A stretch of DNA of 64,000 nt from Gnetum montanum (lineage: Eukaryota > Plantae > Gnetophyta): positions 264,568 through 328,567 of the forward strand of contig MNCI01002585.1 in NCBI GenBank assembly GCA_015680685.1, written 5' to 3'. The position numbers and the translations under genes are program-made. The notes beneath the pieces were generated by a model that did not search any database, was not told where the DNA came from, and saw nothing but the letters and a program-made list of their open reading frames with translations. This document shows, in pieces, positions 50,915-64,000 of the stretch (within the stretch, counting starts at the first letter, position 1; every line of letters starts with the position of its first letter).

Positions 50915-53335
50915 CTGATGAATCTGAAATATTCATAATTCCAATATGGGAAATGGGTGCAATAATACCATAATTCCAATATGGGAAATGGGTGCAATAA
51001 TACCATCTGCTAGTTTTACAAAAATGTCTACTTTGGATGTAACATGGGAAAAGGATGAAAATGAGTTAACCATGTGATCAGTTGCTCAGTATCAAGGATC
51101 CATGATGTTGAATCATTAACTAAGGCTAGGCAAGGAGAAGTACCTAATAAATTTGGTTTTAGTTGTAAGGTACTTACTAATTTGCAACAGGTTGGCAATT
51201 GGTCAAAAGTTAAATGAGTTGTTGGTACTACTCCTTTATGAGAGAGAATGACAAAGGCTTCTCACTATCATGCCCTCAAACCAAATTTGCATTCGTAGTA
51301 GAGTGTCCTTTTCTATGCCCAAGAGGATATCAATGAAGCCTGTAACATTTTTCAATGGTATGACTTGCCCATCCACAGTGTTCACAAATAGATCATCCAT
51401 ACCTTAAAGCTTGTCCTTTCTTATGCATGTCTTTATCACATCCTTGATTAATTGATGAGTTGCCAATGATCCCTCTGCAAGTAGAACCATAGCTTCAACA
51501 AGGGTATTTGCTATTACTACTCATTGTCACTCCTCTTATAATACCAAAGAGAATGCTTAATTAACTAGTGGGGAGGTCTCATTAACAAAATCTATCCTTG
51601 AATGGAGAAATAGGAGTCATTCAACCCCATTAGAAATTGCATAGTTCTTTCTTGTAGTTGGAGATCAAGCAATGCACCACATGAACAACTTGGCATTGGT
51701 AAAATAATTTACCACTGATTGCTACTCTTGAACATGTGAAATTTTTCATTGAATTTGGAAAATAAGTGGATCATTTTCTTGAGTATTGTTGCTTCAAATT
51801 CTCCCACAAATCATGAGCCAAACCCGCATAAATCACAAATTTATTGGGATCAAAAGATTTTGAAACCATTCCTTCAATGAATCCCAACTTATTTTTCACA
51901 ATTAGGGACCATTTGCATAGCTCAACTCCATCTACCATAATTCTCTCCCACCAATGACCAAGAAACCAAAACAACCCTTGGATTATTAGAATGATGAAGA
52001 TACAAGGGACTACTAAAGTCTTCCATCTTATTGCTTGGAGAAGCCATCATTATGAATGATGAAATGATTGCAGACTAGCAAGATGATTCTGCAAACTGAA
52101 AAATTAAATAACCATGCTCCAATAGCATGTCGAAATGGAGAGCAATGGAAAAGAAAATGTACTTAAGCAACAGAAAATGCTGTAGATCTTCATTTTCAAC
52201 AACATTTTCAGGTTCACCCAAATCATATATTTATACAATTCTTGAATAGAGGTTGAATGGAAACCATCCAAAGACTACATAAAAAAATATAAATAAGTAT
52301 AGAAAACTCAAAGAAGAGAAAATTTACAAAACAAGATCATTATTATTAAAACACCTTTAAAAATAATACTATTCTAATACTGCAAACGTGAAACATTCTG
52401 GTATAAAGCATATACACAAGTTAACATCGTTCAAGCGAATTAATAGTCCCATCTCAAGGGAAACCGGAGGAATCTGAAATACCTACTTAAGCAGGTTGAA
52501 GTAATCCAACGTGGCATAGCAAGCCTGCTGTTCAAAGTAGATATCCAAAGCGGCTTCTAAACAACTACCAAAGAGTTTAAACACATGTCCATCCGGAAGA
52601 TGACAACAATTCCTTCTAAGATGGACATTTACCTAACCAAAACGAAAATGAAGCCAGGCATGGCATGGCATGGCATAAAAAGGTACTCAATCAACAACCA
52701 ATACGAGGATTAACTAAAATAAAAAGAGATTGCAACCATCGTCTTAGTTTTTAAGAGAAGTGGGACTTGATACCGTATAAAAGCACAACATGCATCCATT
52801 TCATTGAAACAACCAAAAAAGAAGGGACAAAATACACCCAACCAACGTGGACTACTTCATGGGGGATATGTTTTTTTTGGCTCAGCGGTCAAGCTGCACC
52901 GATCACTGGTAAATCGCATTGCCAATGCGGATGTAGTTGACCTGGCAGCATCGAGAGACAGATTTTTCCACCACACACGTTCTAGACTCGATCCCTTACC
53001 CACCTCTCTCGCTCTCACTGTCTGTCTCTAGAGTCTGCTGAAGACGGTCCGTTGCATTTGTGCCCCAGCGCTAAACAAAAACAAAGCCGGGGCCACCTGT
53101 TGCTGCTCTGCAATTTGCTCATCTCCTATTTACACGTACGTATAACTATCAGTATCAGCCTCCTCCTCCTGCTTATTCACTATCCACACGGCAAAATTGG
53201 TCACGCCAAAATGTCAAGGAGGAGGATGAAGCCTGGGCAGTCAGGCAGGCAGTGTTCCATCAAAATACGGAACTCTTTGCAGTTTAAACTTGACCGTGGT
53301 TTAATCCGGATCAGGAAATGGAATCATGGGTCGAG

Positions 53336-55415
53336 TCAGGATCTGACCGACGATTGGAAGGCACGGGACGTGTTGGGGACAAGAGCGGCCTGCCATGGCG
53401 TCCGACGCTGAATATGATTCGTGGGCGGTTGCGCTTGGGCCTGAGCCTGAGCTTGGGCTCTGTGGGTGTCGGCCGTGGCTGTGGCGATGCGCTCGCAGGA
53501 GGGGCACATGGTCAGCGTGGCAGCAGGCATCTGCATATAGAGCGGTGTTGCCATCTTCAGAGCACGCAGCTCCTGCACCTCCTTTTGCAGCCGTCGGTTC
53601 TCCTCCGTCAGATTCTCGCAGCAACGTTTCAGGAACTCGCAGTCCACCTCCGTCTGCTTCAGCTTAGTCCTGCAAGCCAGCCAAAACGCTCATTAATTAT
53701 TTGATTTATTCCATATTACTCTGAATCGCAGTTTGTATATTCATTGCTTGCCAGCCGCAAGGATTCCGAGCTTTTACCTTGCTCTGCGATTCTGGAACCA
53801 CACCTCCACCTGACGCGGCCGTAGGTTCAGCTGCTTGGCTAGAGCGAGCTTCTGCTTCTGTGGAAGTCGATAAAACAAACACGATTTCAGAAATTGACAC
53901 AGCAATAGAAAAGCATACGACTAGAGTTTTGATGGCGTTTCGGGTTGGGGTTGGGCGTAGAACTAACTGGATTGAGTGTGTTGTGCTCCTTGAAGCTTTC
54001 CTCAAGCAGCGCCGACTGCTCCTTGGACAGGCGTAGCTTCTTTCTGGTGGCATCGCCGCCTTCCTCCTCGTCGCTGGCGCGCGAGCACGCACGGTCTTGC
54101 TCATTGTCGCCTACACCTGCGTCTGCGTTGCATTCGTCGCGCTCGCGCTTGCGGCTGTTGTTGTTCTTGTTGTTGTTGTTATTCGCCGACGAAGAATGAC
54201 TGCCGCTGCCACTTCTGCTTGCGCTGCCAGGGTTTCCAGACACGGCGTCCATTTGGAAGGACGAAACGGTGCTGTTTGGCGAAGATACCGTGGCTTCCAC
54301 TTCATCGTCCTCCGCGAAAGATGGCACCTGGTTCATGTCGATTCCTCTGCCCGAGGACGAACTCTGGCCATGCTGCAAACGCATCTCTCCCAGTTCAGCG
54401 CTCCCTGCAAAATATAACGAATCCACGCTAGGTCACAATTATTCCTCTAATAAAGCCCCGTTAAAGCTAACATTAGTGCTAAAGATCATGCTTTCAGAAG
54501 CTTAAATTATCTACGAGTTATGATTTTCGTGGGCAGAACAGAGCTCAACGTCTTTCTTCAAAACAAAATTGCAAACATCATAGAGATGAACAATCAAAGT
54601 TCGGGGCTTTTGAAGGAAAATGAATAATCTTCTTAACGCACAGACAAAAACCAATGATTTTGCAGACCATGACTCTCTCTGAAGTCAACCTAGCAAGCGG
54701 AGATTTTCCTAAACGACTGAGGTTTTCCAAAACGACTGAACCAATTAAGGATTTCTGGAAAAGGAGATTTTGAGGATGAAAACCATGCCAAAGAGGGCTA
54801 AAAATTAAAAGGATTTTCCACAATGAGAAAGTAGGAAACACAATGAAGAATAATGCAATGTCCTGGAAATAACAGAAACGATGATGAAACAAAAAACCAA
54901 GGATCTGTGAAAATATGTAAGTGTTGACGATGCCCAGCAGAGTTTAAAGCTGGGTCAAAAATCAAACAGCAAAATAAGACGGCGGAGGATAACATTCCGG
55001 AAACAGTGGTTGAGAGCCAAGCACTCGTACCAGGCCACGGCGAAGGCGAAGGCGAAGACGAAGCCCTCATCCATGGCAAAGCCATCGGCGTTGATGCGGA
55101 AGGGGAACTCTCGCGGTTTCGTGAACGCAAGCGTCCGTGCAGCGGCAGCAGATCTAGCTGAACAGGCGCTGCCATTGCCGTAATCGCCGCAGTCGCACTG
55201 GAACTCGACCTCGGCATGTGCATGGGCATGGGCATGGACATGGGCCTGGGCCTGGGGCCAGACACGAGCGAGGAAGACGACCTACTTGGCAGATCAAGCC
55301 GATTCAAGGAGCACGCTTCCTGCAACTGTTCCTGTTCATCCGCTTCGTTTGTGAAAATCCCCAGACGCAGCTCCGCGCCGCAGCCATTTCTCGCCAAATA
55401 CGGAAACCCCGACAT
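53336..55415 (-). CDS. Class II homeodomain-leucine zipper (HD-ZIP II) transcription factor, HAT14/HAT22-like, 411 aa
   Basis: Exons 55415-55031, 54404-53968, 53857-53778 (80 nt) and 53669-53336, all GT-AG and in frame; EAR-like [67 protein letters not shown], leucine zipper, CPSCE; exon 1 boundaries are the least certain part. Confidence 0.93.
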
Positions 55416-58400
55416 GGACGATCGACACTCCACTCCTCTTGAAATCACTAAAGCCAACCTCCACACAAATGACGGCGAGCCCCGGATGAGAGCGTTGCTC
55501 AGCTCAGGAACGCAATACTACCACACCTGATGATGATGACGACGACGTCCTCCTCCTCCTCGTCGTTGTGCTGCTGCTCCCGCTTTGCTGAGACGAGCGT
55601 AGAGTGTAGCGGGTGCGGTGGCTGGGGCTTTGCCTGTGCAGCAGAACCACCATATATTAAGGAGAAGGGAGCGCAAGTGACAGGTGAGGAGGGAGGAGAG
55701 AGAAGCAAGACCCATACAGGAGGGGAGGGGCGGGGCGGGGCGAGTCGACTCGACGCCAGGCGAGGCGGAAACAAACAAGGTCAGGCCAAGGGCGACCAAC
55801 ACGACACTAACATTAACACTATCCGCAACTGCACTGTGATCACAGGTTTGACTTGGCTGACGACCACGACCACGACAGACGGTGGGGCCACGGCCACAGC
55901 CACGGACGCAGGGCAGGGGCAGGGGCAGACAACCGGGCAGGGCAGGCAGCCAAAGCAAACCAAGCTTTTTTAAGGGTCCGCGTCCGCCCGAAGCCAAAGG
56001 AAAACAAAGCAAACAAAGCGGGCCTGCACTCGAACCGGGGCACTTTTTCTGGAATCAGGTGTAGTAATGATGATCAAATGGGACATGGCCATTCGCTGCA
56101 GAGTGGGTAAAATCAGCAATTATGAGAGGCCGGCCACACAACACACAACAAAACGGCGACCTTTAAAGGCATAATAAATGCGGCATGAGTCGACAGCCAA
56201 CAGACAGACCGCTTGCCTTGGGCGACACAATTGAAGATAAGCTGCTAGCCTATAAGCTACACTTAACATTACATTTACATTAACCAATCAACCAACCAAG
56301 CATAGCCAACGCGCTTGCCTTGGCCCATGCCCCAGCAACACTTCGACCTCCCGCCTCCCACCACTACCACGATCATCATCATCGTCATCATCATTGGCTG
56401 TCTCATCGCTTTCCCGTGTCCGGGAGTAATCCTGAAGTCCTCGACTTCTATCATTTATTTCGCAGTTTTACCCCAAGGCATCCCCGTTTGTTACGGTCGT
56501 GGTTTGACTCTCTTATTTCATCGTTCTGTTCTTTGTTCGCGAACCATAACTGATTGGAATGTTTTTCAACTGTTCGCTGCCTTTGCGTTATATTTTCGGA
56601 TGGGATTGATAGACATACAAGTGATGGACAACCACTTCAGATTTGTTTATTCCCATTATTGAATGTTTCTTACTAGAAATTTTTCGTATGTCAAGGAACC
56701 TCGTTCACCGAAATACGTTGAACCTTGTTCTTAAAAGCCAAACGTTGCAGGAAAAACATCTAAAAGGTGTCATAAATTTTCATTTAGTTTATTTAAGCGT
56801 CCGGGTTAACGCAAGGAACATTCGTTTTTTAGCACCGACGTTGGATGTTACACCGTATTTTGCTTTGTGTTACACCGTATTATGGCGGTACATTTCCACG
56901 CCACTAAAGTCGCGGGACGATTAATCTCAAGACAAGGCAAAGCCGATCGAATACGGATTTCCTGCGAACTGAGAAAATGACCGCCATCGATTTACTATTT
57001 TAATCATTGAACAGTTGACCATAAATATCATGGTCATGCAGGTTGCTGCTGCTGCTTGTAGATTGCGGATGTTTTGGTAGATGTAGATGTGGTCATGGTG
57101 TGGATAGTATATATATATATATACGAGGATAATGATAATGCGTGCACCGCGGCTGACGCTACTGCTCGTCTTAATCCGACCTAGAATAGCCCTTCGCGTG
57201 TAGAGTAGGCTAGGATAGACTAGGCTATTGCTGCATCCGCTGCTGCTGCTCCAAGTCCACAGTATAATGATGACGCCACATATGCGAATGTGGCGCTTTT
57301 CTTTCACGCAAACGCAACTGCTGTCAAAACTCGCATAATTGCCGTTTCACTTTTTCACGCACTTCGCGCGTCCGTTCACCCACATAATGATGATGACGAC
57401 GATAATTTGCCGTGGGATCATCCTATGGCATCCATGCATCCATCCATGCCTTCTCTTGGCTTTACCGTCAGCCCTAGTGTGAATAGTTACAAACTTCCCA
57501 GTCCAGGCGACAATCAACGCCATTACCGTATGGCCGTAGCATCCACCCACGAAAGTTACCCGATACCCACTCGCAAATCGCCGTTCAAAACACTCTCACG
57601 ATAACACCATGGAATGTCCACCCTTTGATGAAAGCATTAATTAGCCTCAACGGGTCCGTGGGGATGGGGTAGCGTAGCGTAGCGTAGCGTAGAGCTTGCG
57701 TGGGACCGGGGGACTGGAGAGAGTCGTTGGGAGGTAATAATTGGCAAGTGTACGTGCAGGCGACAAGGGAGCGTGAGGGGCACGTGGGCACATGGCGTAG
57801 GACCAATAGCTACGCTGGATTGGATTTGGACGACTTGTTAGGATACACATACTAGTCTAGGCCTACGCACGTACAGAGGTTGGGAGGATTGAATTCAGCA
57901 AGGGCGCGCCTGGACAAGGCAATGGATGAGACTGACGAGGGAAAGCGCGGAGTACGTAGAACAAGAGCCATGGCTACATACGATAAAATGAAACAATACA
58001 AGTAGACAACACACAACACCCAACACACACACAAGTAGCGGCAGCACAGCAGTGGTCATAGTCGAGTGACTGACGACAGTCTGCAGAGACGGTGACAGGC
58101 AAAGAGCAAAGGCAATGATAGCGCATGCGGCAGGCACGTTGTTGTGTCGGGTCCATGGGGCGCATGCCCACACTGCAATCATTTGCTGTTGTTATTCATA
58201 CTCCGCCGCGCACTGGCCCCACGCCCATCATTACTCATTATTCACTATTATTCGCCAATCCATTCGTGGGCCATGCGCCATGCCCATGCCATGCGTTCCT
58301 CAAAGCAGCGACCATGCCATGCGGCATATGGGGCCGTGGCCTCTTCTGGAAGTAGCCTCCGGGTCTCTGGGTTTCCCACTCAGACTACCACCCCTCCTGC

Positions 58401-59229
58401 CCAGACTCACGAAAAATGTTCCCGTTCGATTCGTCTGATTTCGTTTCGGTGAGTTATTCCTTGAGATTTTTCTACCTTGCCGCATCTTCTGCGGCATCCA
58501 CCGCCATTAACGTTTGTCGGCTGCTCTCAGCCGTGCGATTCTGTAGCCCGTGATTCCAAACTGGAAATTACGTTGTTAATTTACCTCGATATGTTTTCGA
58601 TTTCAAGAGCTTTGTAATTTATTACGCAAAGGACGCCGACGCATAATCATCCTAGTCATTCAACGGCAACTCAAATACCCACATTGTATAGTTTGCTTTG
58701 TCTTTTGCAATGCGCCGAATATACGCGTTTTGGTGTGTTCTAAGCACAGGAAATGAGAACGTGCTGGAATTCGTCAAAAATAGGTATTGAAAACTTAAAA
58801 AAAAAAGAGAGAGAGTTTGCATTTTTAAAGTAGGGTAAGTCCAAAATTCTGAATCTCAATTTCATAATTTCCTACCTATGCTTTGATATATGTTTATATT
58901 TTAACTTATAACATTTCAATGCACATAGTTGTGCTACCTTTGGCGCAACTATAACACTTATTGTTCCAATGCACACACTGTAGCTAAAATTGAAAATTGA
59001 AACTCCATGCAAGATAGCATAGACATGATATCCATGTCTTTAAAGGGTTGCCATAAAGAACGGTATGACCACCTTATCAAGAGTAAAAAATAGAATATTC
59101 GTCTCAACCTTCACTCAAAAGAGGCCCATGTATATATACATGCAAAAAAATGTTGGTTTATATATATATATATATATTTTTTATAAATAATCCAAACTCA
59201 TTTCTTTGCATATTTTTAGACATAAAAAA

Positions 59230-61960
59230 ATAGTCTCATATAATTTTTTCTTAACAAAATTGGACAAGGGTCCTTAGGCAAAACAAGTAGGCTAAGATAG
59301 TGGCAGGCCATGTCATCTATAGAAAATCAAAAGGTCACTAAGGTGATAGGCCACATAAGATAATATATCATGCAACATAGCTACCATCATTAATGTAGCA
59401 AATGTCATTTAATTTTCAATAAGTCAAAAAGATAAGTGAGGAGGGCTAGTCAATCATGGGCCATTATTATGACTATCTTCGCGAAGGCCCACCCATGTGA
59501 AGGTAGTCACGTTGAACATGTTGCCTTACCAAAGGTCCACTAGCTAGAGCTCTCAATAATGCTTGTAGGTGATGGCCTCATCAAATTGAAGAATGTGTTC
59601 TATGTCATCTAAGATTTCATGATGGTCTTGGCATTAGTGTCATAGTTGTGTCGACAAGTAGTGCTACGAGTTTGAGGCTTACACCCAAAGGAGCTTCTAA
59701 CTAAGGAAGAAAATAAGGTGGGTAAGGTGGTTGTTGTGGGACAATGCGTAAGGTTGTGCTAAGTAATTAGTGGGGGCATCAAAAGGGGTCAAGTGTGCTT
59801 GCTAGCCATGGAAGGTTTCAAGGGTGCTAAGAGGTGTGAGGTTGGAGTCAACAACTACCACCATGTTAGGCTATGGTAAAATGGAGAACTTGATAGACCA
59901 CTTCCTAGATGTGCTACTTGAGAGGAGTTGTTTGATTAAAATAGGGCAGTGACATTTGTCACCCAAGCAAGGGATTGCAATTGCATGGGGAATGTGAACA
60001 ATGTGCTTCAACCAAGCAATACAATCCTCTTTGACAACATCAACTTTGATGACCTCCTAGTCCTTTACGAGGGCCTCTAAGAGGCATTCATACTCAAAAA
60101 TCTAAAGTCTATTTGCCCCAGCACACTTGATGGACCTATTAAAAGTATTAGCAAAGAAAATTGGCATGTTGAAAAGGGCATCACCTTTAAGGCTCTACAT
60201 CAGATGTCAATGTCTACTAGTGAGCTAGTCATATAGCTAGAGTAACATAAATTCACAATGGCTTTTTCAAAGAAGCATGAAGTGTTGACCTTTTGGTATG
60301 TCAAAACTTTAGAAAATGGAGAATGTGGAAAATGTGTTTGTGTGGTCTTGTATGGTTAGAAAAGAACAAGACAAGGATTTTATGAGCTTGAGACAAGAGC
60401 AAAACTAAGAGCATGATGAGATCATGACAAGAACACAATTGAGAGTTTCATAGTGAAAATATGAGATCAAGACAAAGAGCAAAATGAGATCAAGATGGGA
60501 TTTGAGTTGCTGATATGAGATGACAAAAAGTCTCAACTGGAAAATGAAGTCTACAAGCTAAAAAAAGGTGTTTCTGGATCTACTTAGATGTCCTAAGAGA
60601 TTAGCAGACATTTAAGAGGTGAAAGCTTAGTTTTAGGCCATACATCCCAATTGTTGTTAGGACATCCCAAGTGAGACATCTAAATTTTAAGTGGGACGTC
60701 CCACATACACATGGCCATTTTTCAGCCAAATGTCCCAAGCTCAAATGGGATATCCCAACTAGTCATTTTTTAGCCATTGCATGAATTTTGAGGGCTATTT
60801 TGAAAGGAAAAATGCTATAAATAGAATGACATTCTTGTGAAAATAGAAAGCACTCTTCATATGATTATTCTTCATTGTATACATCTTATAATTTTTTTTT
60901 GGTCTTCAATTCTCTATCTTTTGTGAATTGTAATTTGTATGTTGAGATCTTCAAAGCAAGGAATTAGTAAATTGTAGTTACATTCTCTCCTTGATTCTTT
61001 TTTCTCCCTTTGTAGCCCTACAGGGTTGATGTGCTTCTTGCAAGAAGACATCTATTAAGCTTATCAGGACCTTGTGGGGTTGAGTGTGTTTATTGCAAGA
61101 AAATAGTCTATGCAAAGCTCACATCATTGTAAAGGTTGTGGGGTCCTTGAAACCACATTTTGAGCTTGTTGGGACCTTGCAGGGTTGAGTGTGTTTCTTA
61201 TGAGAAAATACTCCGAGTGAAGCTTAAACTTTGTAAAGGTTATGGTGTCCTCTAAACCACATTTTTGAAGGAACAAGTTCCAAAGGTATGTAAGGATTCT
61301 ACCCTTTGAGTCTTGATGCACCCAAGTTGGGGAACTGCATAAATTTGTGAGTGATTTTAGTTGTCTTGGGTGTTCAAATTAGAAAACTTATTCAAACCCC
61401 CTTCTAAGTTCTTGGTCCTCACCAAGACTTATCCAAGTTCACAAGCTTAATCCCACTATTTTGAATTTTTGACTTAGGGCTAGTGCCAAAATAACCATTT
61501 GCCACATCAAAGCTTGTTAATTTGCCCTAAAGGAAAGGATCCTTGTTAAAAAAATCCAAAGCTAATGGTTTCCTTTGTGATGCTACATTTCCAAAAGCTA
61601 AAGTCTTCATTGCTAAATTGGCTATTTTCAAAATAGAACACATTTTCTTAAAAGGAATAAATTAACCATTTTCAAGGTAGAAGAACTTGAGGAGGTTCAA
61701 TGAGCATCCTTTGAATAACAATGGACATAAAAATTCACAAACAAGCTTAATGTCCATCCCTCTAATACAAAATTCAAATATCTACTCAAAGGCCAAATGC
61801 CTATCCCTCAGATATAGTATCTTTGAAGATTGCCTACGTCTCAGCCTTATTCTAGAATGTTAATGTCTTTGCCATATAATTGGCCTTTTTCAAAGATTGA
61901 AGAACTCTTGTCAAAAGGGTCATCATTGGAGGCAATTTTCATTTTATCAAGGTTAAACCT
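59230..61960 (-). mobile_element. Very decayed gypsy-like gag/PR remnant interrupted by a solo LTR
   Basis: Weak knuckle-like segment (..YALCPQ-type) near 59740 and gag-like segment near 61800-61930; no clean ORF. Confidence 0.3.
60283..61421 (+). mobile_element. Solo LTR, SIRE/Copia-like family
   Basis: TGTTGACCTTTTGGTATGTCAAAAC...GGTCCTCA; TATA GCTATAAATAG; GGGACGTCCC motifs; TSD poorly preserved. Confidence 0.75.
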
Positions 61961-62044
61961 AGGTTAAAGGCTCAATGCTTATCTTGCCAAGTTCAAACCT
62001 TGGTTAAAGGCTCAATAATCATCATTCTAAAATTTGAACCTAAG

Positions 62045-62909
62045 TGATGAGTGGCGAGGTACCCCTACACTCAACCATATGAAACGAGCGTAGCACGCGC
62101 GATCCAGTCGAACTCCGCAGACTCAATGCCTAAACATCCCATGGAACACTTGGGGTTAATTATTCGTTGTCTTCCCAGACTTACTTGTTGTTGTCACGGT
62201 GTATGGTTAAGTAAGTTCGAGGTATATGATTTTTTTGGTCTTTTCTTGTTTATCTCCTATGCTAAAGGGTGAAGGATTGACTACTCTAACTAAGGACCTA
62301 AATCTAGATTAACTAGTGTCAGCATCCATTCCCACTTATCGTACACACCTTGAACTATGCAACTGTGGCTACCAAACGCTAATCGTTACTGGGATCACCA
62401 CATGTAACGCACGTGCTCGAAGTGGTCATACTGAGGCACCTAACTAGCCTAAGTGTGATAAGCAGCTGATTCCTTGACTAGTCGTACACACTCGTAGGTG
62501 CTCGTAGCCAAGTCGTACTTACCCCACGTTCTAGGAGTGAAGGGTGAGANNNNNNNNNNNNNNNNNNNNNNNNNNNNNNNNNNNNNNNNNNNNNNNNNNN
62601 NNNNNNNNNNNNNNNNNNNNNNNNNNNNNNNNNNNNNNNNNNNNNNNNNNNNNNNNNNNNNNNNNNNNNNNNNNNNNNNNNNNNNNNNNNNNNNNNNNNN
62701 NNNNNNNNNNNNNNNNNNNNNNNNNNNNNNNNNNNNNNNNNNNNNNNNNNNNNNNNNNNNNNNNNNNNNNNNNNNNNNNNNNNNNNNNNNNNNNNNNNNN
62801 NNNNNNNNNNNNNNNNNNCGTACGCGATATCGCAAGGGACAACGCGATATCGTGTACGCAATATCGCATGGGGTGCGATATCGCGGCTTGTGCATATCGC
62901 GTCTCATCA
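62045..62909 (-). mobile_element. Solo LTR of the Athila-like family (spans an N gap)
   Basis: Reverse complement of 49966-50914; perfect TSD CTAAG at 62040-62044 and 62910-62914; N gap at 62550-62818. Confidence 0.85.
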
Positions 62910-64000
62910 CTAAGTCATACAAATTAAGACACAAGTACCTTACCCATCATTCTAAATATAGAAACCTTATAATCAACCCAAAATGATAGTTACTCCAAAT
63001 GATGGCCGACATAGAAGAATTTTTGTTTTTCTTAAGTACCTTACTAGTCATTCTAAATATAACAAGGATCTTGTAATCAACCCAAAATAATGGTTTCTCC
63101 AAATAATGGCTAGTTAGATGACCTTTTATTTTTTCTTTTTCCCTCATTATTATTGGGCTAGAATAAAAGATTTAATGCAAGCTTATATTTTGAAGGCTTA
63201 ATAGCCTATCACAAAGCCCAAAACTATCATAAGAAGTGTTCATTAAATACTATCTTTCAAAGGAAGGGAAATTTAAAAAATTAAATGTGAACTATAAGGA
63301 CAACTTTATTTTTTATGTTTTTACTTGAAGGACAAAGTTTTGTACCAAGCTCAACTTACCAAATTACAAACTTACACACAGTAAAGATACATATGTAGCA
63401 TAAGCTTAAACCACAGTTCAGGAGTTTTGCTATGTCTCAATAATGCAATTTTGATGCATATAATAGTACATAGAATTTTGCCACATTTCAACCATGCAAA
63501 CTTATACATATGATAGTACAATAAGTATATATGGTTTAATATTTTTAATTTAGTGATTTTGATTTTGGAGTTCATAGTTTAACATTTCCAACAATGAAAA
63601 TGATCTACAAATGATAATGCATGGTTTAATGTTTATGGTTTGAGTAATGAAAATCATTTGTGCAGTTCATCTTTTTGGCAATGAAAATCATCCTCCCATA
63701 GTTTGGTAGAGATTGATTTGCAAGGTACATTATCATAGTTATAGTGGCAAAAGAGCCTCATATGCTATAATAAATTTTTTTCATCATTTCTGTGTTTTTA
63801 ATGTCACTAGTGAAATCTAAAAGTGTTCGACTAGGGTTATTAGTTGCTATACACTTGCATTATTGTATTAAAAAGATTTAGGCATAAAATTGCTTACCAA
63901 TTCAAATACTAATAATTTTGGTGTTGCTTTTGCAAAAACGATTGTAAGTTGTAAAATTTATGCTAAGTTTATAAACTCAAAAAAAATTTATTTAACATAC

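Larger units (their letters stand above)
44400..52380 (-). mobile_element. Decayed Ty1/copia remnant (gag-PR-gag_pre-integrase), split by the Athila-like insertion
   Basis: LKDVLYVP..INLI.ISKL...LYLL...LWH (44550-44820); WILD..ATDHM-like at ~51070-51100; copia gag N-terminus at ~51770-52020; degenerate Met-i PBS at ~52117-52128. Confidence 0.7.

Noticed and set aside
50934-51005. Exact ~35-bp tandem duplication in the copia remnant
   Set aside because: Ordinary slippage or repair duplication in dead TE sequence
53301-56110. Many overlapping ORFs on both strands around the HD-ZIP gene
   Set aside because: Shadow frames of GC-rich coding and 5' sequence; the spliced HD-ZIP II model explains the signal

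Overview
Plant genomic DNA, very rich in transposons, with one host gene: a 4-exon class II HD-ZIP transcription factor on the minus strand (55415-53336). The rest is nested, C->T-eroded LTR retrotransposons: (i) a full-length 18.4-kb Tat/Ogre-type Ty3/gypsy element (2115-20481; LTRs ~1.35 kb, TSD ATGAT, tRNA-Asn-like PBS, domain order gag-PR//RT-RH-aRH-INT); (ii) an older, 5'-truncated relative (~30340-42785); (iii) Athila-like elements (a decayed autonomous copy, an RT-less derivative and a solo LTR); (iv) three SIRE/Copia-like LTRs and a Copia remnant. Main observation: both Tat elements carry a spliced ANTISENSE gene just upstream of RT, and in the complete element it sits between protease and RT. 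In that element I could reconstruct 8 exons with GT-AG introns (~1090 aa; one 1-nt frameshift must be assumed in exon 1). The protein fuses a catalytically dead FCP1/NIF-like HAD phosphatase domain to a plant-transposon-protein-like domain, an acidic tract and a coiled coil. The cassette sits in a predicted ~5.7-kb pol intron bracketed by arrays of small RNA hairpins with a conserved 11-nt loop. The non-coding DNA of both families is loaded with TACGCTG motifs and palindromes, which suggests a possible element-encoded regulatory or anti-silencing system. All domain calls are by-eye motif recognition, not database searches.
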